Assembly (NCBI GenBank): GCA_026770705.1
Contig: JANJGN010000075.1
Span: 1 to 64,000 of the forward strand
Origin: Isurus oxyrinchus
Taxonomy: Eukaryota
Direction: 5' to 3'
DNA: 64,000 nucleotides
The notes beneath the pieces were generated by a model that saw only the letters and a list, made by a program, of their open reading frames with translations, did no database searches and was not told where the DNA came from. The stretch's first letter is position 1. Every line of letters starts with the position of its first letter. Below, piece by piece: positions 14,210-27,350 of the stretch. A program made the position numbers and the translations under genes.

Positions 14210-14227
14210 ACTGCGCATGCGCGCATC
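14210..14227. promoter_or_regulatory. NRF1-type GCGCATGCGC motif, identical in both inverted arms
   Basis: ACTGCGCATGCGCGCATC is an 18/18 match to the reverse complement of 44885-44902. Confidence 0.4.
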
Positions 14228-15879
14228 TAAACAGAAAACAAACTGAAAGGATAACAGAGTGAATATCGGCCCAGATTCTCGTCAGTGACTCCGGGGAATC
14301 GGCCCAAGAGTAGGGTCAGCATGTCCCCTGGATGGAGATCTCAAACACAGCCCAAAGTAAATGTTGAATCTTGAATCTTTAATGTACAGCAGAGGAGTTT
14401 GACACATTACAGGGTAGATGGAGGCCATTCACCATCCTAAATATTCTGGATCTGAAACTTTCCCCACATAACCCAACTTCATGTCCGTAAATAATCCGTT
14501 CCATTCAAATAGATTCTCAAAGTTCTGGTCGAATCTGCTTGCACCATTCTTACAGGAGATCATTCCAGATCAATCCAACCCTCAATGTGATAATCTCCAT
14601 GCTAATTTTCACTCACTTAGACATGTTAAATCATTCATTGATAATTACAGATCAATTTGCGAAATGAAACAGGTTCGCCCTATTCTGTCTATGAAATATA
14701 AATAGGATTATGAATACATCTGCAAGGTCCCTCCTGAACCTTTTCTGCTCTAAAAAGAAGGAAAAACAACAAAACAAGTTTCTCTCGCCTCCCAACTTCT
14801 CTGAATTGCTTCAACTCCGGAAAAAAAAAATCACCGTTTCTATAATTGCGGATCGGACATTAATCAACTCAACTCAAGGCCTCTGGGGATCCTGCAAGTT
14901 AATCAGCCGATCTCGAGGTCGGACTCAATCGGACACAAATAGCAGTGTTACTGTTTGATTTTTCCATCATGTCCTCTCCCTTAACTGAAAGAGGTGACTT
15001 ACCCTTGAGCACAGTTCTAGGGCAAATCTCTCTCTGCCTTGTCCTTCGGTGGTAAGGGTATGGTTGGAGTCTGAGCTCGGCGGCTGTTTTCCATTGAAAC
15101 GAGTTGATGACAGAAGGTGTAAAACAGGGCGCTGACAGTATCCTCAGCGGACATCCACTTATCGACACATTGAAACGGGGCCAGTACATGCCTATTAAAA
15201 GCAGACTCTGCTCTAAATCGCTAACATCCCCCGTAAAGTAAAACCAGATTCACTCCCACCCCATTCTTCGCAAAATAGTCAAGTTTCGACACGGGCAATC
15301 CAACCTGATATGATGTACAGCAAACCAGTTGTTGTTTTTATTCTGTTAGCTACCAGATATCGGACACCTCATGCCTCAGTCCCACTCTCAAAGTTCGAGT
15401 TACCCACTGACACAACACAGACCAGAAACCCAGTGGCTTCTACACAAGATTGTTTCAAGACTCACCAAAGAGCAGTAACGAGACGTCTCTCTCCATGTTC
15501 CAGTACGAGCTACTTCGAGACATGAGAGCTGGAAGGAACTGCGGCTGATTCCCTTCACCCAGGGCTCAGAATTTCAAACCAGGAAGCGTTGAATGAGAGA
15601 GGAAACAGAGGCTGGGAGGAAGTGAGGTGGTCACCACAGTTAAAGCAACAGAACTAATTTTTGTACAACATGTAATGAGATATGAATGTGATTGCTGCAT
15701 GATTGAAAATGTTAACCTTTGTAAGTTAAACAATGATCACGTGTTAACTGGGCCACAATGGGTTATCCAGAAGGAAGAACGACCTGAAATATTTGGCTGT
15801 TTTTGTGAGTTTGTCTTTCATCATGGTCAGGAGCACTTAATCTGGGAGGAATCGTTCCTCACATCCATCTCCCGGCCTT

Positions 15880-16645
15880 CGATTTAAAACTCTCTATAGT
15901 TAACCTCATGACATCCAAAAATAACAAAATAAACAATCAAAAACGGAACCGAAGGCCTCAACAGGAACATCAGTTGAGCAGCCCCTGCTGTTTTGTGCAG
16001 CGAATGTACACCAGAGTGTCAGTTGTCACGGAGAGATTGAGCTGTATAACAGTTGTTAATCATTCATTTGGGGTTCCTCCCATCTTGCTCCAACACTCCT
16101 TCATCCATAATCAGAAACGAAGGCTACAGCAATATCGGTGACGTTAATTAGCGGCGTCCCTGCTTCCCTCAGTTGAACAGAACTAAACTGAAACCCCTTC
16201 CCGCCTAATGGACTTTCTTCAATTCATATTGGGTTTTTTTTTCAATTTCGAACCGAAACTAATCGATCGGCGCAGGCTTGGAGGGCCGAAGGGCCTATTC
16301 CTGTGCTGTACTTTTCTTTGTTCTTTGAAATAAGGGGATGAGGCCTAAAAAAAATCAGTTAGCAGTTTAATCTCTTTCCCAACATTTTCCAGTTCTCTCA
16401 TTCAGCGCCCTCTCATTCGAACTCGTGGGTACACAGGATTGACAAGGTGCTATAATTACATAAATAAATGATTAACGACTGTAACACAACCCAATCTCTA
16501 CGTCACCATCCACACTCTCGTGTATATTCACTGCACAAAACAGCAGGGGGAGCTCATGTTAAGGCCCTCAGTTCTGTACTTGATTGTTTGTTTTGTTACT
16601 TTTGGAAGTCCTGAGGTTGACTCTAGAGTGTTTTAAATCGGCCAG
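15880..16645. repeat. Local inverted repeat (arms ~15880-16070 and ~16460-16645)
   Basis: cccctgctgttttgtgcag at ~15982 vs ctgcacaaaacagcagggg at ~16531; the arms align over ~190 bp. Confidence 0.85.
16262..16327 (+). mobile_element. Short CR1/HE1-type 3' tail insertion
   Basis: atcggcgcaggcttggagggccgaagggcctattcctgtgctgtac(ttctttg)n; absent from the paralogous position near 42810. Confidence 0.7.
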
Positions 16646-19600
16646 CTAACGATGATTGATGGCGTCAATGATTGGTCGACACACGTCTCCCTCTCTCTCT
16701 CTTTAATTCTCAGACTCTGTATTTCTGTGTGTGTCTCTCCCTCCCTCGCTCCCTTTACTGCATTTTTTTTTCCGGATTTTGAGTGTTTTTCCCTTAAAGT
16801 GCTGAACGATTCTGCAGCGTGCACTTTGTGGGAAGCGAAAACACACTATCCGAAGTCCTTCCATCGAACTCTTTTTGGCAGTTTTGCAGATCTGAAACGT
16901 GAGTGAATCGCTTGTTGGCTAGTCATTAGTTGTGCTTATCAAGTTTCATGGATCATAACTGACACAGGTCTGGTTTTGAAGATTTTCAACGTTTTTGTTT
17001 CAGACGTATAATCAAGCACGGACGCCCTTTGCATGTCACAACTACAAGTGAAATGATGTTTTGGAATGATTTCGAAATATTATCCTGAAACACCCAGTGA
17101 ACTGCATTGACGCAGTTATAGATAGGAGCTAAACCGATCATGTTTATTTCCGAGCAGTTGAATGAAGATGTGGCGAAAAATCTGTACTGTTCTGTCCCTC
17201 ATTCTCGTTCCACTCCCCAGAGCCATGCATAACCGTGCCAGCCATTGACAGAGTGCTCAGATCTCCGGCAGAGAAGGACTGGAGTTTTGGAGTTTGATTA
17301 AAGAAATTCGGTCATAAATTTCACTTAGATACAAGACAAACTGATCTCAGAGCCAAAAGCTCCGTGGTCGATTTGGCATTTTCACTGGAGATGAACATTT
17401 ATTGAAGATAAGTGGAAGAGAACTTGGTGGAAGAAATGCAGGAGTTTGACACGGTTTCCATTTCATTTCCAGTATTGGATCTAACAGTACTGAACGACTG
17501 AACATCTATTGCTTTGTGTAGAAGAATACCTGTCCGAGAGCGACACTTTGCCTTCATCAAACATCCTAATGAAGCAGATCATTCCAAAAAGCTTCCCGGG
17601 CCACACTTCCTTTGCAATTTAAGACCTATCGTGCTGACCAAATAGTTTTTATCTAATGTTCAGGCAATCAGCAACGGCTGAAATGATGATAATGTTGTGG
17701 TGCAAAGAGGTTCATGATGTCGGATCCGGAGCTTAGAATCCGAGGATAACAGGCAGTAAGGCTACCAATGATGCCCCAATTCAAATGTGTGTTTCAATTC
17801 TGAATGTTAGAGGATTAGAATATTTTAGGATTGTAGTTTTCAATTAGGGTAAGTGATGGGGCTCGTTTGACCTGTTCTGCAGATTGCCTGCCATTAAGCC
17901 GGGCTGGTTTGATGTTTACCGATGAAAATGAGGCTTGGATTATTTTCCTGGAAAGAAGTCACAAGGTATTTACGCTCAGAGACAATGACAGCAACATATG
18001 AGTTAACAATGAGTAGATTGAAAGTCACCCAAACTCGGAGAAATGTGTTGAAGTTACAGAGTTGTGAATAATAATGCTTTAAACTGTCCATTTACTTCGA
18101 AGATGAAAGAAAGTTGAGGTCAAGAAAAGATCATTATCATGATGTGAAATTTAATATATTTGGCTTCGCAGCTGGGAAGAGAGATAAACTATTATTTTAA
18201 GATTAGATTACAGGCTTCCCTATAAAGCAATGAATATCGCAGAGATGCAGCAGCTCAGTGAGATTAGCAGGGACAAAAGATCATTTGGCTTTCAGAGATA
18301 GCACAGCCGGAAGCGGAAGGGAGACAGCACCCAGCTGAAGAGATGCGTCCTGCAGCTTTCTATTGATTCCGGGAGAATATCCTGTCATGGCTGCGTATAA
18401 TCAGAATCTTTGGAATAGCCTTTCCTGCTGGTGCTGTATTTAAGTGCATCTCCGAGAATTGCGGAAAATGCCGTCGCACTCAGTTACTGCTCTGTGAAGT
18501 GAGAATACGGGACCCCATTGGAGGCTGGGGGCATTCGTGGATTGTTGTAAGGACCGAAATTCGTTCGGGGTCCGACGTATAATTAGCATAAAAGTGGGTG
18601 TAGCCATCTCTACAGGTTAAAGTATAAGAGGCCTCTATAAAGAAAATGTTGTTTGCTCTTAGTAATTTGCTATTGTAAGAACATGTATAACGTGAAACCC
18701 GACCTGTTCATTCTTGCAGCGAGAACCTGGAAATTCAAATTTCTTTGTGAAAGTTATCGAAGAAATGGAGATCGTGAAAAATGAGCGACACTAAGATCAG
18801 AGGAGCACCGAGATCTGGGAGTTTGGTGGGGCTGGCGGTGGTTATAGATACAGATAAAGCAGGAGTCATATCATCGCTGTGGTTTTTTATGTACAAGGAT
18901 GAGAATCCCAAGATGCAGGTCGCTGGGCTGATGAACTAATAGTGACCCTATTCCTGTTGAATCCATCACCATCTTTAATCCACATGTTTGTGAGATGATG
19001 ATTTAACTCAGGAATCGCTTTGCCATTGGCGGATGTCAGCCTTCATCACAGGGCTGCCTCTCGGCATCCCAATTGGGCTGTGAAACATGTGCCCGATTCT
19101 GAGAGCTGTTTTTCGCTTCTCCACAAGTGGAAATTGAATTCAAGCTGAGCCGAGTTAATAGGTGTAAATTCAAATGGGTCTGAGGATAAGTGACGACTTT
19201 GGTAATGGGGCTGAGGATGTCAGAGTATTTTGGAACGGATCGTTGTTTGAGGCTCCTCTGCTCCGCGTGTACTTTGCAAACGGCCGCCCCTCTATATGGG
19301 CTGCAGTGTTGTTAAAAGCGTTTCGGAGTGAACAACGAAACAAAGCTTTTAATGTTGAAATGGAGCATCTTGCGACCAAGACTAGCAATATTTCTCTCAG
19401 TGATTCAAAGTGGCATCTCTTCGGTTCAGTTTCGGCGTTTCCGCTTAGCCTGATTGGATAAAGTCATTGCAATTCAACTTCAAAATTGTTCCAAGAATAA
19501 TTGAACAGGAGCAATTGTTGCAACTGATCAATCGTCTGAACTAAGATTACGTGGAACGGATAACGGAGTGAAAACTATTGCGTGAGTTGGTGTTGGTTTC

Positions 19601-19711
19601 TGCGGGTTCTGATCCACAATTTTTTTTTTTGCGGTGGTGCTTGTAAAATTTCATGTGACATATTTAATGAGGCAAAACCCCGAAAAAAGCGTGCAAGTTT
19701 TTAATCTCAGA

Positions 19712-19945
19712 TATGGTGACCCTGATGCAATTGCCGATTGTTGGAAAAAACCCATCTGGTTCGCTAATGCCCTTCAGTGAAGGAAATCTGCCGCCCTTAC
19801 CCGGTCTGGCCTGCATGTGACTGCAGACCCACCGCAATGTTGTGAAAGGCCCTCCGAAAGGCTCTGGGAATCCATTCGGTTCAAAGACAATTAGGGATGG
19901 GCAACAAACTCTGGCCTGGCTCGCGGCGGCCACATCCCATGAGAC
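19712..19945 (+). mobile_element. HE1-like SINE (5'-truncated)
   Basis: aaaaacccatctggttcgctaatgcccttcagtgaaggaaatctgcc..ggtctggcctgcatgtgact..ttagggatgggcaa..cacatcccatga. Confidence 0.8.
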
Positions 19946-21080
19946 AGAAAATAAAAAGGTGGGAAATAGAATTTTTAAAAATGTGTATATTGTGGATGTT
20001 GGAGTTTGGTTTTGAGGCTTCTGAACCTCCAATTTTTTGGGATCGTACATGCAAAACGTTCAGTCATCCGACACATGTAATTGCAGTAAGTTAGGAAAAG
20101 GTTTACCAGCTGTTCAGGTCACTTATATCTATAAAGGCCGGCAGCGAGTTACAATCCAACGTGCGCTGTATCGTTACTGTTTTATGTCTGAATGGGGAGC
20201 GCACAATGAGATCTCCGGTTGCAGCTCTTGATCTTCGGGCAGATCTTCACATTTCGCCTCTCTCTCCCTCTCCTTTATCTCTTGCCTGATTTGTTCTTGT
20301 CTCGCTATCTAGATTTCTCCACCGCACAGAGACAAAGTCCGGGTTTCCTTTATTCTGGCTCTAATCCAGTTAACTCCACCCTCTCCCCAGTCATTGTTAT
20401 CCCCGTGTTTGAACGTAGTTTCCTGGGCCACCCAGACGTCTCACATGTGAGCAGCACAGCATTGCATCCTGTTTCTCACATCCATCTTTGTTTGAGTGTC
20501 TCTTCCCTCAAGGTCCCAAGTTCTCATATCCCGAGGGGCTGAGAAACTCTAATAGTATTTACACACACACGCAACTGCGACAGGCAGCCTCAACGTTTTG
20601 CTTTTTTGTGCGATTAAACATTTTATTTCCAAAACTTGATATAATTTTCTGCCCTCCATTACCTTGGCATTATTTTTCTGCACTCTGCACACTAATTCTT
20701 ACGTTTCCCACTATAGTAAAAAAACAGAAACGAATTCAAAGAGAAGCTTGATGTTAGGTACCAGAGTTGGGTTTTAAGAATTATTTGTTGGTTCGCACTC
20801 TGACAATCTTACACATGGAAGAGGAAATCAAAACCTACAAGGCTGGGAATACTCAGCAGATCAGGTAGCATCTGTATGTAGCAACTTGTATTTGCTCAGA
20901 TCTGGGAGATGTTAGAGAGTTATACATTTACAAACAATTATCCCTCCAATTTGTCTGCAAGTACAACAATGTTCATTTTATTCTGCACAGAACCCGTTTA
21001 TTCCTTAACTGCTGCAATTCCTGATGTACATTCACCGAACTGAGTTGTTAACTTTTTCCTCAATTAGCATAGGGTTAAAC

Positions 21081-21442
21081 CACAGTTATGTTAGGGAGGG
21101 AGTTCCAGTATATTGTCCGTTTGGTGTAGGTACACCCATGGCGCTGTTAGGGAGGGAGTTCCAGGATTTTGTCCTTGTGGTGCAGGTACACCCATGGCGC
21201 TGTTAGGGAGGGAGTTCCAGGATTTTGTCCCTGTGGTGTAGGTACACCCACGGCGCTGTTAGGGAGGGAGTTCCGGGATTTTGTCCGTGTGGTGTAGGTA
21301 CACCCACAGTGCTGTTAGGGAGGGAGTTCCGGGATTTTGTCCGTGTGGTGTAGGTACACCCACAGTGCTGTTAGGGAGGGAGTTCCGGGATTTTGTCTGT
21401 GTGGTGTAGGTACACCCACAGTGCTGTTAGGGAGGGAGTTCC
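21081..21442. repeat. 56-bp minisatellite, ~6.4 copies
   Basis: Unit tgttagggagggagttccRggattttgtccgtgtggtgtaggtacacccacagtgc starts at 21089, 21145, 21201, 21257, 21313, 21369, 21425. Confidence 0.95.
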
Positions 21443-22826
21443 ATGTGTGGAGGCGGGGCATTTGCACTTCGAAACTACCCGCCTTGCTGTATTACTGTAA
21501 TCCATTGGATTCCAGGGCAAGAGGTGCAAAACGGGGAAGGTCTGAATAAATCGTCTCTCCTGGTCCGGAACAGACACAGAGTGAATAAAGGCATACAAGA
21601 TGTAAAAAATTAATTCCGCCCAATAAAATTTGGGTGTTTCCAATGTTTTTTTTTGCCTGGGATAATGAGTCAGATGCACCAGCCTAGCGCCCGCCGCAAA
21701 TTTCAATCCCCGTTGCAGCGTTCACCCTCGATCAGCCCGTGCCCAGATGCAGCCACCCAGTGACTGAACCTCCTCGAGACTGGCAAATAGCAGAGCCTGC
21801 ACTGGCTATGAGGCGCCAGCAGATGGCAGCAATGGAACACTTTAATCTCAGGGAAGTTTCTCCAACCTGTGGAGAGTTAAACTTTAATTTTCCATCTCCC
21901 CAATTTAGGCATATACTGGGCGAATATGTGGAGATTATAACTGTGGTTTAAATTCAACATTTACAGTGGGGGTTGGGGGTGGGGGAGTTTGAACGTGTGG
22001 AGATTACATTTGCGTCTTCAAATAAAAATTACCAGTGTGTTGTGGGGTGAAGGTGTGGAATTATATTTGAGCCTTTAACAGCTCCAAAACTAATGGAGTT
22101 ATGGGTGACACGCTTTGTGTTAATTCTGGGGAGGGGAAGATTCACCTGTTTCACCAGAATCGACGCCGGGTTTTAGAAAGTGAGACTTTCGCTGACAATT
22201 CTGTTGGAGACATTGGATGAGGTTTAGAACTGGTGGGGCAAATAGATTGGGGTGGGGGAGGGGCTGCGTGGCGGGGGGTGGGGTGGGGGCTGGCGCTGCA
22301 AAAGTGCAGGTGGGGCATTTGTATTTCGACTTTACCCGTCTGGCTGTATCACTGTAACCCACGGGGTCACAGGACAAGAGCTGCAAATTGGGAAAGATCT
22401 GTATAAATCTTCTCCCCTTGTCTGGCATAGACACAAGGTGTGTTTGTTCCTGTGATAATGAATCGGCATGAGAAATGTTGTAAATTATCCTGCGAATATA
22501 TTCATTAGAAACCATTAGCAAGATGAAGTGTTTGGGTTTAAACATTGACAATGTCTTGCAGGGGATTTACAGAGCCCAGCAAAGTTATCCTGACACTGAC
22601 AGCAGTGTGTGAAACCTACAGCAAACGTCCACATTCAGCCTGGAATAATCCTCCAAACACCATCTCCAGACAACGTCTCCAATGGGGAAAGCAGCAGATC
22701 TCATGGGCAGTGCCTGCTACTAAAGAGGCGAATGCGCCAGTCGAGCGGCGACTGCAAATTTCAATTCCCTTTGCTGCATTCCCGCCCCATCAGCCTGTGC
22801 CCAAACCAAGCCAGCCAGTGATTGAA

Positions 22827-22865
22827 AGTTCTGTCGAAGGGTCATGAGGACTCGAAACGTCAACT
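22827..22865 (+). ncRNA. Minimal type I hammerhead ribozyme motif (variant core CUGUCGA)
   Basis: AGUU-CUGUCGA-A-GGGUC(AUGAG)GACUC-GAAACGUC-AACU: helix I AGUU/AACU, 5-bp helix II, palindromic ACGU helix III, GUC triplet. Confidence 0.65.
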
Positions 22866-22928
22866 CTTTTCTTCTCCGCCGATGCTGCCAGACCTGCTGA
22901 GTTTTTCCAGGTAATTCTGTTTTTGTTT
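22827..22928 (+). mobile_element. 102-bp Penelope-derived insertion containing a minimal hammerhead motif
   Basis: 11-bp TSD cagtgattgaa (22816-22826 / 22929-22939); absent from the other array units. Confidence 0.9.
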
Positions 22929-23095
22929 CAGTGATTGAACCTCTCTGAGACAGGTAAAGAGCAGTGCCTGCAGTAGCTGTGAGCCGCCAGCAGATGATAG
23001 TATTTGATCACTTACTAATCAGGAAAGTTGCTCCAACTTGTGGAGAGTTAAACTCTCACTTCCCATCTTCCCCATTATCAATTTACTCATTTACT

Positions 23096-23130
<35 letters not shown>

Positions 23131-26100
23131 GGGGGAGAAGGGGGAAGGTGAATTTGTGGAGATTATATTTGGGATATTAATAAAACATTTATTTGTGTGT
23201 GGGGGGGAGGGGCTAAGGTGTGGGGATAATATTTGGGGCTTCAACTGCTCCAAAAATAATAAGGGGAATCATTGAGACTCTGTGTGTTTATTGTGCATTT
23301 GGGAAGATTCACGGCTTTCACCAGAGTCAACGCCGCGGTTTGGAAACGGGGACTATCGCAGACAACTCTGCTGGAGACTTTGGGTGAGGTTGGAACTGGT
23401 GGGGTAAAATGTTTGGCAGGTGCCAACAGTGGAGGTGGGGCATTTGTATTTCGATTCTGCCCGTCTGGCTGCATCGCTGTAATCCACAGGTTCACAGGAC
23501 AGGAGGCGCAAAATGGGAAAGGTCTGTTTAAATGTTCTCTCCAGGTCAGGCACAGACACAGGGTGAATAAAGGCGGTAAAAATTAAATTCTGCCCCATTA
23601 AATCTGGGTGTTTCCAATGTTTTTTCCTGGGGTAAAGAACCAGTGTGAGAAATGGAGAAAATTATTCTGGGAATGTAGTCATTGGAAAGCTTTAACAAGA
23701 TGCAGTGTGTGTCAGTGGAGCAGGGGAGAGGGAGGAGGTGCGGGCGTGGTGGTTAAACAATTACAATTTCTTTCAAGGGATTTAGAGATCTCAGCCTAAC
23801 ACTGGGAGCAGTGTTTGTAATCTGCACCAACCGTCCACATTGCAGCCTGGAATAATCCCCCCAAACACCATCTCTAGACAATAACTCCAATGGGGAAAGA
23901 GGAGCAGAGCTCATGGGCAGTGTCCGCTGCTAAAGGTTCGAATGCAACAGGCGAGTGCCCGGTGCAAATTTCAATCTCCTTTGCAGCATTCACCCTCCAT
24001 CAGCCTGTGCCTAGATCCAGCCACCCAGTGACTGAACCTGTCTGAGACTGTCAAAGAGCAGCGCCTGCAGTAGCTGTGAGCCGCCAGCAGAGGATGGCAT
24101 TCGATCACTTTCATCCCAGGAAAGTTTCTCCAACCTGTGGAGAGTTAAATTTTCACTTTCTGTCTCCCTAATTTATTCATTTACTGTGAGAGGGTGAATG
24201 TGTGGAGCTTATAATTGTGGCTTAATAAAATATTTACTGGAGGCTTGAATGTGTGGAGATTGCATTTTAGGTTTATTAAAACAATTACGGTGGGGTGGAG
24301 GTGAATGTTTGGAGATTATATTTGCGTCTTCATAAAACATTTACTGGTGGGTGGGGTGAAGGTGTGGAATTATATTTGTGGCTTTTACAGCTCCTGAAGT
24401 AATAGAGATATCATCTAGAAACTGTGTGTTTATTGTGCGGTGGGGAAGATTCACATCTTTCACCAGAGTCAACGCTGGATTTTCGAAAGGAAGACTCTCG
24501 CTGAAAATTCCTTTAGAGATTATGGGTGAGGAATAGAACTGGAAGGGTGAATATGTTGAGGCGGGGTGGGCGGGAAGTGGAGGTGGGGCATTTGTATTTC
24601 GACTGGCTGTATCACTATAATCTGCAGGTTCACAGGGCCAGAGCTGCAAAATCAGAAAGGCCTGTATTATTCCTCTCTACTGGTCTGGCACAGACACAGG
24701 GTGAATAAAGGTGGTAAAATGTAAAAATTACATCCCGTTCCATTCAATGTGGTTGTTTCGACTGCTTGTTTCTGTGATAAGAAATGGGGTGAAAATTTGA
24801 GAAAAATTTCCTGGAAATGTATTCATCAGAAACTTTTACCAAGATGAAGTGTATGGGGTTAAACATTGACAATGTCTTTCTGAGGATTTACAGAGCACAG
24901 CAAAGTTATCCTGACACTGGGACCAGTGTCTGTAATCGGTACCAAATGGCCACATTCCAGCCTGGAAGAATCTCCCAAACACCATCTCCAGACAATATCT
25001 GCAATGGGGGAAGAAGAGCTGATCTCATGGGCAGTGTTCGCTGCTAAAGGGGCGAATGCAGCAGTCGATCGTCCGCTAGAAATTCCAATTCCCTTTGCAG
25101 CGTTCACACCCCATCAGCCTGTTCCCAGACGCAGCCAACCAATGACTGAACCTCTCTGAGATTGGCAAAGAGCAACGCCTGCAGTAGCTGTGCTCGGCCG
25201 GCAGATGGTGGCATTGGATCACTATCATCTCCAGAAAGTTTCTCCAACCTGTCGAGAGTTAAACTTTCACATTCCATCTCCCCAATTATCGGTTTCTTCA
25301 TCTAATGGGGGAGGATGCATGTGTGGAGATTATATTTGAGGTGTTAATACATCATTTACTTGGCGGGCGGGTGAATGTGTGGAGATTTTATTTGGGATTT
25401 TGATAAAAAAAAACATTTACTGGGCCCTGGATGAATGTGTGGAGATTATATTTGGGGATGTAACACCTCCAAAGATAATGGAGGTATCTTTGTGACTCTG
25501 TGTGTTTATTGTGCGTTGGGGAAGATTCACCTGCTTCACCAGAGTCGACGCTAGTTTTGCAAAGGGAGATTCTCATTGACAATTTCGTTAGCGGCTCTGG
25601 GTGAGGTTTAGAACTGGCGGGGTAAATGGGCGGGGGCAGGGTGTCAGGAGTTGGGGTGGGACATTTGTACTGCAACTCCGCCCGCCTGCCAGTATCACTG
25701 TAACCCGCAGTATGAAAGGGCAAGAGCTGTAAAATGGGAAAGGTCTGTTTAAATCTTCTATCCTTGTCCTGCACAGACACAGGGTGAATTAAGGTGATAA
25801 CAATGAAAAAAATTAAATTCCGCCCCATAAAATATGGGTGTTTCCAATGATTGTTGCTGGGATAATGAGTCGTTGCACCTGCCGCGCGCCCGCTGCAAAT
25901 TTCAATGCCCTTTACAGCGCTCACACCCCCATCAGCCTGTGTCCAGATCCAGCCACACAATGACTGAACCTCTCCGAGAATGGCAAAGAGCAACCCCTGC
26001 AGTAGCCATGAACCGCCAGCAGATGGTGGCATTGGATCACTTTCATCCCAGGAAAGTTTCTCCAACCTGTGGAGAATTAAATTTTCACTTTCCATCTCCC

Positions 26101-27350
26101 CCATAATCAATGTATTCATTTACAAGGGACGGGTGAATGTGTGGCGATTATATTTGGGTTTTTAATAATCCATTTATTGGTTGGGGAAGGGGGCGGGTGG
26201 TGAAGATGTGAGGATAATATTTGGTGCTTTAACAGCTCCAAAAATAATGAGGGGAATCAATGAGACTCTGTGTGTTTATTGTGCGGTGGGGGATGATTTG
26301 CCTGTTTCACCCGAGTCGACATCAGTGTTCGAAAGGGAGACTCGCTGACAACTCTGTTAGAGAATTTTGGTGAGGTTTAGAACCGGCGGTGTAATATGTA
26401 TAGGGGTGCGGCGGTCAAGAGTGGAGGTGGGGCATTTTCACTTCAAATCTGCCCGCCTGGCTGTATCACTGTAACCCACAGGATCACAGGACAAGAGCTG
26501 CAAAATGGGAAAGGTCAGTATAAATCTTCTCTCCTTACTCGGCACAGAGACAAGGTGAATAAAGGCGGTAAAGATGTAAAAAGTAAATTGCGCTCGATTA
26601 AATGTGGTTGTTTCCAATGTTTGTTCCTGGAGTAAAGAATCAGTGTGAGAAATGGAGAAAATTATCCTGGGATTGTATTCATTAGAAACATTTATCAAGA
26701 TGCAGTGTGTGTCGGTGGAGGGGGGCGGCTGGAGAGAGGGTGGGGGTGGGGTCGGGGGGTATTATGGCGGGGTGAAGGGGGTGGGGATTAACATTAACAG
26801 TGTCATGCAGAGGATTTTCTGGGTACAGCAAAGTTATTCTGACACTGGGAGCAGTGCAATCTGCACCAAAAGCCCACATTGCGCCCGGAATAATCCCCCA
26901 AACATCATCTCCAGACAATGTATCCAACGGGGAAAGTGGAGCAGAGCTCATGGGCAGTGTCCGCTGCTAAAGGGGCGAATTCACGAGCCGAGAGCCCGCT
27001 GAAAAATTCAATCTCGTTTGCAGCGTTCAAACCCCATCAGCCTGTGCCCAGACCCAGCCACCCAATGACTGAACCTCTCTGAGACTGGCAAAAAGCAGCG
27101 CCTGCAGTAGCTGTGCTCGGCCAGCAGATGATGGTATTGGATCATTTATATTCCAGGAAAGTTACTCCAACCTGTGGAGAGTTAAACTTTCACTTTCCAT
27201 CTCCGTCATTATTTGTTTATTTACTGGGGGAGGGTGAATGCGTGGAGATTATATTTGGTATTTCGATAAAACATTTACGGGGGGGAGGGTAAAAGTGTGG
27301 AGATTATATTTGGGATTTATCACCTCCAAAGGTAATGTAGGCATCATTGA

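Larger units (their letters stand above)
100..16450 (+). repeat. Left arm of old inverted segmental duplication
   Basis: Collinear reverse-complement similarity by eye: 1700-4080 to 48500-50830, 9720-10040 to 48200-48520, 11880-14400 to 44740-47160, 14400-16450 to 42680-44720. Confidence 0.85.

Noticed and set aside
15880-16645. MITE with 190-bp TIRs
   Set aside because: The left arm and spacer are part of the larger segmental duplication, the right arm has no partner at the paralogous locus, and no TSD is seen.
21081-21442. CRISPR-like array (regular repeats with a small hairpin)
   Set aside because: Units are contiguous with no unique spacers, there are no cas genes, the context is eukaryotic, and the unit derives from a LINE tail.
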